Positions 53,403-64,000 of a stretch of 64,000 bases of DNA are shown here, in pieces. Location: assembly GCF_006345805.1 (NCBI RefSeq), contig NC_043002.1:25978001-26042000 (forward strand). Direction: 5' to 3'. This stretch comes from Octopus sinensis. Its lineage: Eukaryota. The first letter of the stretch is position 1; each line of letters opens with the position of its first letter. The translations under genes and the position numbers were made by a program. Below the pieces are notes generated by a model, which was not told the DNA's origin, did not search any database, and saw nothing but the letters and a program-made list of their open reading frames with translations.

Positions 53403-53469
53403 TAATAATAATAAATGACAACAAAAGAATGAGACCTCGATATTAGATAAATTGAGGATTATTTATATA

Positions 53470-53724
53470 TTGGGTTGGTGCATAATTATTGCTGCTTTTT
53501 TCTCAACAAAGTTTATTCGACAAAAACAATAAAAACATTTAACAAAAATATTTTAAATGATTATTCCGGAGCATATTCACCGTCTACTTCATTTACTGCT
53601 TTCCATTTGCTTGGTAGACGGTCAGACCGTAATTTAAAGGTGTTTTTGTTAGATATTGTTATTGATTTTGTTGGATAAATTTTGTTGAAAAAATAAAAGC
53701 AGCAATAATTATGCACCAACCCAA
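53470..53724. mobile_element. Mariner-derived MITE
   Basis: TIRs ttgggttggtgcataattattgc / gcaataattatgcaccaacccaa with TA on the left. The interior retains the transposase C-terminus RLPSKWKAVNEVDGEY on the minus strand. Confidence 0.85.
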
Positions 53725-53788
53725 TGTTATACGTGAAAACAACCAGTAAGTTGTCATTACAGTACTCGGAGTTTCGACCCAATATATA

Positions 53789-54494
53789 TATATGCTAGAT
53801 ATAGACGTCAAAATCGCTATTTTCCACGAAGAATATGTTCTCAAGAAAAAACTCAGCAAAAAACCAAAGTGTAAAAATAAGCAAGACAAATGAAAATATA
53901 CGAAATAAAAAACGATTACCTATGTACTAATTAGTTTCACTTGTTGATGTTCACGTATATGTACACGCGAACATCTGCAAGATCATCAGCATAGTCTGCC
54001 GTTTAAAACCATAATTTACAGAACTAGATATAGAATGCTCAACCGAAATCCCGCATGTATAGAGTTCAACAAATTATATTTATGTGTATCTTTCAAATGC
54101 CTTCACTTCTCTAACCGGTGAATTGACTGCTGCAGTTTATTAACTGCAGAGTAAATTTCCGATCTCAGCGCGCCAAAGTGAAGGCATTTGAAAGATACAC
54201 ATAAATATAATTTGTTGAACTCTAAACATGCCGGATTTCGGTCGAGCGTTCTGTATCTAGTTCTGTAAATTGTGTTTTTAAACGACAGACTATGCTGATG
54301 ATCTTGCAGATGTTCGCGTGTGCATTTACGTGAATATTAACAAGTGAAACTAATTAGTACATAGGTAATCGTTTTTTATTTCGTATATTTTCATTTGTCT
54401 TGCTTATTTTTACACTTTGTTTTTTTGCTGAGTTTTTCTTGAGAACATATTCTCCGTGGAAAATAGCAATTTTGACGTCTATATCTAGCGTATA
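53789..54494. repeat. Fold-back element with ~320 bp inverted arms and ~67 nt spacer
   Basis: 53789-54108 is the reverse complement of 54176-54494 with scattered mismatches. Confidence 0.95.
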
Positions 54495-54663
54495 GACTGT
54501 TCACTTTTAGTGGTCAGTCCTTTAAATTTTATATGTACAAAATATTTTTAATTTTCGGATTTTTTAAATATGCTAGGTCACTGGTTTTAATTGATTAATA
54601 TCAATTTCTACCCTTATTTAATTTTATATATGTATATATATATATTGGCTAAACAGGCAAAAT

Positions 54664-54728
<65 letters not shown>

Positions 54729-56300
54729 GCTAAACTAACTTGTTCGATAATATAAGGAGACAGAGAGTGTGCCGTATAACCAGCTGGAGATGATGTTTCC
54801 TGGGGCTATATAACAATAACTTTCAACTGCCACGTTATTTGGGAAAATAATCTTTACTCTAGCGTACTGTTACTGAATGTCTCTCGTTGAGAGATTTACA
54901 AATCGATATTTTCTATTATATATATATATATATATATACATGCATACGTCTATGTATGTATGTGTATATGTATGTATTGAGAAATATACGTATCAAAAGT
55001 GTATATGAAAAGAAGTGATAAGTTTGATAAAAGTCTGAGAGATTGAAATAAAATGGAGCTGTTAATAAGAGGCAGGATAGAAATGAAGTAGGAAAACAAG
55101 AAAGGGTGAAAACAGGAGAGAATAAGTGTAGAAAGTATCGCGGTAGAAAGTAATAACCGGAGTGAGCAATACATTCATTTAAAACGTAACAGTTGAAAGA
55201 GTGATGACGGTGAGCAAAAATGAATATCAAGTGTGAGGTGGGGTGTTAACACTGGACTAAATCTGAAAAGAAAAGAAATAACGTAAACACAAAATGGAAA
55301 ATTAAATGAAAATGACAGGAAATATAAGGGATAAAAATGGAGAAAAAAAGTCTATCATGAATGTAATTTGATATTCATGACTGCATATTTGTATACATAT
55401 AGATATCATAACGTTATTTTATGCGCAGTTCAAGGTTAGGAATTGCGATATACATAAATATCTTATCACTATTCATACTCAATTATTATGTATATGTCAA
55501 GCAAATACATACACTCGTATCTATCCTTATTCAGAGAAAGATACGCACATACGGGCATAAATACGTATCTGCATGTGAATGCGTGGGGTGAGTTTTTTTG
55601 TATATGTGTGTCGTTTTACTTTTCTTGGATTTTAGGACTCATAAAGCCTGTTACCCGGTTTCCATGGCGTATAAGTGACCGAGGTCTGTCACAATATTCC
55701 CCCCTGAACAGACGCCGGCTTGTTGCAAATATATACATTCGTATAATCTGCATAGAGCTCTTACCTTACATGGAAAATTCACACAAAACTGCGATGAGAT
55801 GAACATCAGTGCAAACTTGATCCTGATCAGTTAAATCTCCTTTGGTTGCAACATATGCACACACACACACACAACACACACACACACACACACACAACAC
55901 ACACACACACACACACAGAGGATAATAATATATGCGCACTCATTCACCAGACACATAAATGTGTACACTAAACCCTTTCTTCTCTATGTACGATTCATTT
56001 TATTCTTCTCTCACTTTTGCTTGTGTTACGTGAAACTTTATGAATACAAACAATATATTTTCTATAAAAGTATAATCCACAAACATTTGTTATGTAAAAG
56101 TGTATTTTTATATTTTTATTTTCATACGTACATGTCATAAAACTATTTACTCCTGATGTTAAGAATTCAAATTTGGTTTAATTAAACAGAGTATGCATGT
56201 ATATGGCAAGTTTATCGCATTTTCAAGCTTTACGTAGTATTTTCCGACATTTTCTCATTATTTTCCTATACATACATACATACATACATACATACATACA

Positions 56301-56332
<32 letters not shown>

Positions 56333-56554
56333 ACTAGTAAAACAGCCAACAACTGATGATGTTTCGTTCTTTATGTTTGTTTTGTTTTCCATTTGTGTCT
56401 TTCGTTGTTCGAAAGAATAGTTCATGTTCCATGTATTCTTGCTTCATACATTTTTATTGTACACGTTTCATGACGTCCTGTGCCAACATATGCATATATA
56501 TATATATATATATATACGTATAGATGTAAGTATGTACATATACGTATGTATATA

Positions 56555-56600
<46 letters not shown>

Positions 56601-56913
56601 TATATACATACGTATATGTACATACTTACATCTATACGTATATATATATATATATATATATATATGCGTATATATATATATATAGAATAAGAAGAGTTTA
56701 GTTTACATGATCTAAATGAATAGGTACGTTGGGTAAGTGCTATAGTTGGTCGACCATTAGGTTCCAAGATCACAGCTATGGCTGGATCTAGGGATCTGTG
56801 TTATGGTTCTGTTATAGCATGTATGTATTATATTAGCGGAAAAACCAAAACCAAGGCAGAACGAGTATCTCAATTCATTTAGAATAATTTAATTAGAGTA
56901 AGGTGAAATTGAA

Positions 56914-56958
56914 GTCTTACAGCTGTTTCTGTGCGCTGGGTATTCCGTTATCAGAGAC
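56914..56958 (-). ncRNA. Decayed type I hammerhead motif
   Basis: gucu-CUGAUAA-...-GAAAC-AGCU-GUA-agac, with G8A and a poor stem II. The sister copy at 13798 has CUGAUGA. Confidence 0.4.
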
Positions 56959-57256
56959 ACGGTATGAATATTTTAGACGGGGAAAATTTACAGTTTACAA
57001 GGAATAGAATTCGCAGTTTATAAAGGCTTAAAATAGAAGAATAAAGTGTAAAAATAGTTAGAAAAATATAGGCAGTAGAATAATGTTCACTACTCATCTT
57101 TTTTCAGAGGATATGCGTGTTGGCTGGTACTTCCATGAAAGTACAGGTTTTTAGTTAAAATCCCCGGTAAATCCAGGCAATATTCTGAATGATGTAATCA
57201 TTCTGTAAATGTGTATATAGAGCGAGAAAATATGATGGGCATATTGATATATGTAT

Positions 57257-57975
57257 CGCAATGGCCCAATGGTTGGGGCAGCGGACTCGCGGTCGTAGGA
57301 TCGCGGTTTCGATTCCCAGACCGGGCGTTGTGAGTGTTTATTGAGCGAAAATACCTAAAAGCTCCACGAGGCTCCGGCAGGGGGTGGTGATCCCTGTTGT
57401 ACTGTTTCACCACTCTTTCTCTCACTCTTTCTTCTGTTGGCCTGCTCGTTTAGCCAGCGAGGTGGCGTCATTCGAAGGCTAAAACAATGCGAAGCGCATT
57501 GTGACCAGCGATGTGTAGCAGCATCTGATGGTCTGGTCGGTCACGTGATATATGTATGTATGTATATTTCTTCTCGTTAGGCGCAGGAGTGGCTGTGTGG
57601 TAAGTAGCTTGTTTACCAACCACATGGTTCTGGGTTCAGTCCCACTGCGTGGCACCCTGGGCAGGTGTCTTCTACTATAGCCTCGGGCCGACCAAAGTGG
57701 ATTTGGTAGACGAAAACTGAAAGAAGCCCGTCGTATATATGTATATATATATATGCGTGTGTGTGTTTGTGTGAGTGTGTTTGTCCCCCTAGCATTGCTT
57801 GACAACCGATGCTGGTGTGTTTATGTCCCCGTTACTTAGCGGTTCGGCAAAAGAGACCGATATAATAAGTACTGGGCTTACAAAAGAATAAGTCCCGGGG
57901 TCGAGTTGCTCGATTAAAGGCGGTGCTCCAGCATAGCCGCAGTCAAATGACTGAAACAAGTAAAAGAGTAAAAGA

Positions 57976-58011
<36 letters not shown>

Positions 58012-58317
58012 CACATGATCACGTGAGCGACTAGGCTATATCATGTTGCTACACACCGCTGGTCACAATGCGCTTCGCATTGTTTTAGCCTTCAAATGAC
58101 ACCACCCGCTGGCTAAGCAAGCAGGCCAACAGAAGAAAGAGTGAGAGAAAGTTGTGACGAAAAAGTACAGCAGGGATCGCCACCAACCCTTACCAGAGTC
58201 TCGTGGATCTTTAGGTGTTTTCGTTCAATAAACACTCACAACGCCCGGTCTGGGAATCGATAACGCGATTCTACGCCTGCGAATCCGCTGCCCTAACCAC
58301 TGGGCCATTGCGCCTCC
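57257..58317. mobile_element. SINE nest: family B (+, 57257-57548), full family D (+, 57578-57975), family B (-, 58018-58317)
   Basis: Direct sequence comparison. The two family B copies are inverted relative to each other. Confidence 0.85.
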
Positions 58318-58329
58318 ACACACACATAT

Positions 58330-58960
58330 ATATAGGATAGTCTCTCCCGTTGCTTTCGACGTATGAGGATCCGACTACCGACTCTTTCTTTCTTTATTTC
58401 TTTCTTTCTTTCTCAGTCACAATGCTTATGTCGAATGTGACATTTAAGTCCCGCCAACAATTTGCAAAGAAGCCCACAAATCCTGCAAGTATGAGGACTA
58501 CAGGTCAGTACAGGTGGTATATATTTTTAGCTGCTTTTCTCGTTTGCCTTGAACCCAGAACCTGTTGTAACAAAGCTGGTTGTAACAAAATTTCTAATAC
58601 TATTTTGACACAACGATCTCTGTTTTGTTCGCTCTAAGGTTATTCACTCAGAGGTGTCGTGAGTTGTCTTCATTTCTAAGGGGTTATTCTTCAGCTTGTC
58701 CTTATATCTGAGCTATGGTCAACCAACATTTCTGTGCCCAGTATGATGCTGGCTGTACATGAGAACTTTGGGTATTCTTTCCTCACTCATCCTGACGACA
58801 TGGCTAACCCAGCATAATTCTGATTGCATAATTGCATAAGGAAGCTTTCGAATCCACCAATCTTACACTTGCTAAACAGGTCGGTATTAAAAAACTGTCT
58901 TTTAGGGAATAACCGCAGATTGTCCTCAGAGAGCCTTTGTGGTAGATGTCTATTTTGTTA
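58330..58960 (-). mobile_element. RTE-type LINE 3' end with C-terminal C2H2-like finger
   Basis: Minus strand reads CWVSHVVRMSEERIPKVLMY...LRYKDKLK (consensus RW.GHV.RM...RIPK) and CRICGLLCKLLAGLKCHIRHKH. Confidence 0.7.
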
Positions 58961-60043
58961 ATATGTCGTCTATAGGGTATCCACGATTCAGAGCCCTTAT
59001 TGTCTTCGAGCTGGCAGTAATTTTAGAGTGCTCCATACGGTGTTTCATGACATTTGTTGTGTTGTCCAAATTTTGAGTTCGAATCTTGTCAACATTAATT
59101 TTATATTTTGGATCAATAGATGAATTATTAATCCAGGATAGTGGATTGACGGAGTTATGGGCTAGGACAAGAAGTGGTACCATTCTTTCGCGTTCAGGTT
59201 TCAAAGACTACGTAAATAATTGAATTCTGCTAATGTTGATTTGTTTTCTAAATATTTCACACATAGTGTAAGGAAAAAGATTATAAGTAATTCTTTTATA
59301 TTCTTGGAGGTTGCCTCTCGAGACACAACAAAATACGTTTCAAGAGAAATACAAACGAAATACAAAAACAAAATATAGGCAAGTACTCTACGTATCTGTG
59401 CTCCAAGGCAACACATAATTTTTCTCCAAATTGTGATCGGCTTAGATTCAATTTTTCCCATCGCATACGAAACATCACTGAACAGCTATATTGGAAATTT
59501 CAATTATTGTTTAGACAAATCGTGTAACGATAATAAGATTTTTTCAGATCCACTTACTGACCCGACTTAGTGAAAATAAATAGTTTTTATCTATCGCTCC
59601 CCTTCTCTCTCTAGATACACACACATCAATACACCCCCCCACATAGGCACACACATTTATATCAGTTTGTGTCTATGAACAACATACTACGATCATTATA
59701 CATAAAAATGTCGATGTCATATACGTATTTAGGAATATATATGTTAGAAAAAGTGTATGCGATATGGAAATGTACTGATATGGGAATGTATATATGTGTT
59801 TACGAATGTATATATCTTTTTATCGCTTACTTGTTTCATTTCCAGGGCTATGGCCATGCTGTGGCACCGCCTGGAAGGATTTTTAGTCAATCCCAGAACT
59901 TATTTTTTAAAACCTGGTATTTATTCTGCCTGTCTATAGGCTGAAATGTTAGGTTACAGGAACGTAAACAAACCAACAGCATTTGGCAAGAGGTGGTGGG
60001 AAACAAACACAAAGACGCATACACACACACACACAACACACAT

Positions 60044-60076
<33 letters not shown>

Positions 60077-60088
60077 ACACAACACAAC

Positions 60089-60351
60089 ACAAGTATTATA
60101 TGTATCAAGTTTCATCCAGTTTCTGTCTATCAGTTCCACTCACAAGGCTTTTAGTCAACAGGGGTCTATAGAAGAAACATTTGTCCCAAGTATCACGCAG
60201 TAGGACTGAACTCAGAGTCAAGTGGTTGGGAAAAAAATTACTATCACACAGCTACGCCTGCGCCTGTATGGAAATCATATGATATATATTTATATCTCCA
60301 TTTTTATACATGCTTATCACTACATTGGACACAAACGCCACACACACACAT

Positions 60352-60382
<31 letters not shown>

Positions 60383-60660
60383 ACACACACACACACACAA
60401 GTATATATGTATCAAGTTTCATCCAGTTTCTGTCTATCAGTTCCACTCACAAGGCTTTTAGTCAACAGGGGTCTATAGAAGAAACATTTGTCCCAAGTAT
60501 CACGCAGTAGGACTGAACTCAGAGTCAAGTGGTTGGGAAACAAATTACTTATCACACAGCTACGCCTGCGCCTGTATGGAAATTCATATGATATATATTT
60601 ATATCTCCATTTTTATACATGCTTATCACTACATTGGACACAAACGCACACACACACACA
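60089..60660 (+). repeat. Near-identical ~310 bp tandem duplication
   Basis: 60089-60350 repeats at 60398-60660. Confidence 0.9.
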
Positions 60661-61098
60661 TACACACGCACACACACACATGCACACGCTTATTACTTAT
60701 GTAGTTATGTCTTAAACTACAGTTTCTACAGCCTGAATTCTGCGGGTATATAGCAGTGGTATGTATATGTGTATAAATAAGTAGTCACACACTTCATATA
60801 ATACTGACGATACTCTTTCTCTGCTATTTCCTTTCATTTTTCTTTTATTTCATTTCATCTCTTCATTCACCTTTTACTTTCGTTATCCTTACATCGTCTT
60901 TACATCTCAACATATTATATAGAATCTATTTTGTTACCTTGCTACTTTTTCATTTCCTTTTCACTTTCCCTGCTTATAATTTTTCATCACTTTTCTCAAT
61001 AACTATTCCTATATCACCTTCAGTACCGTTTATTCATATTTTAGCACTCTCCAATAATATGCTTTACTGTATATATATATATATATATATATATAGAT

Positions 61099-61160
<62 letters not shown>

Positions 61161-61755
61161 ATGTGTGTGTGCGTGTGTGTGTGTTTTTATATATGTGCAT
61201 ATACATACATACATATATATACACACACATAATTTATTATACATATACATACATACACACACATATATGAATATATATACATATACATACATACATACAC
61301 ACACATATATGTATATATTTACATATACATACATACATACACACAAATATATGTATATATATACATATACATACATACATACACACACATATATGTATAT
61401 ATATACATATACATACATACATACATAAATACATACATACATATATACATACACATATATATATATATATTGGTGTAATATCAGCTCAAAGCTGCAGCCA
61501 TGCTGATATATATATGTATATATATATATATATATTATATATATATAGTATATATATATATTCCCGTAAAAACGGTAAGATAACAAAAGAAAGAAAGAGA
61601 CCTCAATATTATGTAAATAGAGGAAATTATCTATATTATATATATATATATAATAATATATATATATATATATATTCTATAAACGGATTATAAAAGAAAA
61701 AACTTAAGATAACAAAAGAAAGAAATATATATATATATATATATATAAATATATA

Positions 61756-61810
<55 letters not shown>

Positions 61811-62744
61811 TATCACACACATACACAAAAGCACATACGCACTTTTCCTTAAACGTTTTCCCTTTGATATCCATCACATCCACCTCTTCAATATCCCTTT
61901 CTTCTACGACCAATCTTATTTTCCTGCTATTCTCTCTACCATTCATTCGTTTATCTCTTCTCAATCTGTGTATGACGTGTTCCAAATGTTTATATCGCTG
62001 TCTACATATGTGGAGGCGCATGTATTAGTGGTTATAGTGTTGCACTCATTTTCGTAAGATTATGGTTTCGATTCCCGAAACGGGCGATACGTTGTATGTT
62101 GAGTAAAACACTTCATTTCCTATTGTTCCAGTACAATCATCTGCCAAAAATGACTAATCTTACAATGGACCAGCGTCTCGTCTAGTGGGGGTGGGGAATA
62201 TATACGCTATAGAATCTGGGAAATCGGTCTTATGATCCTATAAGGTAATGACCTTCGATACCTTCTGACACACACATAGAGATAAGAGTGTGAACATTCC
62301 TATACGAAAAAGAGAGCGAGCGAATCTTCATATAATTCATGTACACGAGTGCGCATGTGTAAATTGACGCTTATACGTGTGCATGCGTATTTTTATCTTT
62401 GCTTGGTACTCTTTATGTTTTACTTATTGGATCTGAAGGTGTTTTACTTATTGGAAGATGGACAGTGTCCAAAGCCCTTTCAGATCATCCTAGTTCGGCG
62501 AAGTTAGTTTCATTAATGGTCCATTTGAACCTTTATAAATCAATGCCTTCTGGAAAGACGAGTAAACAGATAATTAATTGAAGAGGTTCGACGTTCTAGG
62601 AAGGAAGGACCTGCAGTAGTGATTAGTATAGCGCCCGAGGTGGTGTGTTGATACAATAAGGGTTTTGATCGGATAAGTGGGTTATGAATACCAAACTCTG
62701 AATGAGCCATTAGTGCATGCAGTCCTGTGTATGCACCATCAGTA

Positions 62745-62955
62745 GGAGCACCACCAGCACCACCACCACCAATATCAGCACCACTACTACCACCACCACC
62801 ACCACCACCAACGTCACAGTAGCACCACAAGCACCAGCAACACCATCGCTACCACCACCACCATCACCACCACCACCACCACCACCACCACCACCACTAC
62901 TACCACTACCACCACCACCACGACGACATCGACGACGACGACCACCACAACCATC
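62745..62955. repeat. (CCA)n / (ACC)n-rich trinucleotide tract
   Basis: Direct reading. It gives poly-Pro/Thr/Gly ORFs. Confidence 0.9.
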
Positions 62956-64000
62956 CCAAATGTAAGAGCAATAGTCTAACGTGGACCCGACAAGAACTTA
63001 TTAAAGTGTCAAAAATTGTTTAAGAGAAGTGTTTGGGTCGGTGAGTGTAGTTGTGCAAAATAGTTAATCATCTGTGAGGGGGCATGAACTGGTGGATAGG
63101 AAATTGCACCCATGATCGCGGGATCGTAGTTTCATTTCCTGCCCCGTGTGGAACGACGTGATCTTGAGCAAAATACTCCGTCTTACGTTGCTCTGCAATC
63201 ATTTCGATTCTACACGTGAGGTACACTGTCCACCTGTTCTGGCAACATCACTTTGATTACTATAAACAAGTCATCTGTGCAGGTTATTCAAAAATAAATA
63301 GCAGAACCGTCTTTCTCCGACAAGAGACGAGCATCATCAATCCATTACCTAATAGGCTAACCACCGAATGACTTTACCTTTCAGAAAGCCCTACCACATA
63401 GCCTATTCTCATTCTTCCCAACTCATTGATTCGGTTCGACAAGTACTTTAATATCATGCAATACTTTATAAATAAATAAAACTAAATGCGCCCTTTTAAA
63501 GCCTAGCCAGGCTCATAGGCCCGGTTTCAGTGGCGTATGTGTTCCCCAGCTGGACGGGACACCAGTCCATCGCAGCGTTACTCATTTTTGCCAGCTGAGT
63601 GGACTGGAGCAACATGAAATGAAGTGTTTTGCTCAAGAACACAACGGTACATGAATCGAAACCACAATCTTACGATCATGATGCTGACACCCTAACCACT
63701 AAGCCACGCGCCTCCACGCAATACTTTATACTCATTGAAAATTAATGCAACAAACTGGGTCATATATAATTTTCATGCTGAATGTGGCGTGCATTGGCGA
63801 TCGAACCAGCAACCATGTCGCTGCAAATCGAACTTGTTAACTACTCAAGCCTTCATGCTTCAGTATATTTTTGTGCTTGGTATTTAGCAGATATAACATA
63901 AGAGCAGTATTAGTTTTTCTCACAACATAGATTCTGATAAACAAGCAGACAATACGAGCGTTTATGAAAATGTCATCTTCTACTGGAGGCAAACTAGTAA

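Noticed and set aside
58950-59204. ORF containing RGYP as a Penelope linker
   Set aside because: The motif order does not match PLEs and support is a single short word.
62540-62965. Gly-rich or Pro/Thr-rich ORFs as a real exon
   Set aside because: They are driven by the (CCA)n tract. No recognisable domain or convincing splice pair was found.

Overview
This is AT-rich, microsatellite-dense animal genomic DNA. The SINE families look like those of Octopus, which is recognition from memory and not a database hit. The one clear host gene is an intronless-CDS rhodopsin-class neuropeptide GPCR of the myosuppressin/DMSR-1/Srw type on the minus strand (11286-12439). It is split by a single -1 frameshift at ~11735, which is either an assembly error or a very young pseudogene. 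The rest is a transposon graveyard: CR1/L2-type, RTE, R4/Dong and Penelope retroelement relics, two mariners (one with a countable D34D spacing), maT (D37D), Tigger, Helitron and hAT relics, and four tRNA-derived SINE families. The most interesting layer is RNA structure. At least six type-I hammerhead-ribozyme-like motifs from several Penelope-like repeat families are present, some with intact catalytic cores and self-complementary stem III, and several sit inside 180-600 bp fold-back elements. Other points of note are a shared LINE/SINE 3' hairpin with compensatory changes, an R4/Dong fragment sitting in its expected (TAA)n target, and about ten long inverted repeats, the largest with ~320 bp arms. 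All alignments and folds were done by eye and coordinates of repeat ends are approximate.
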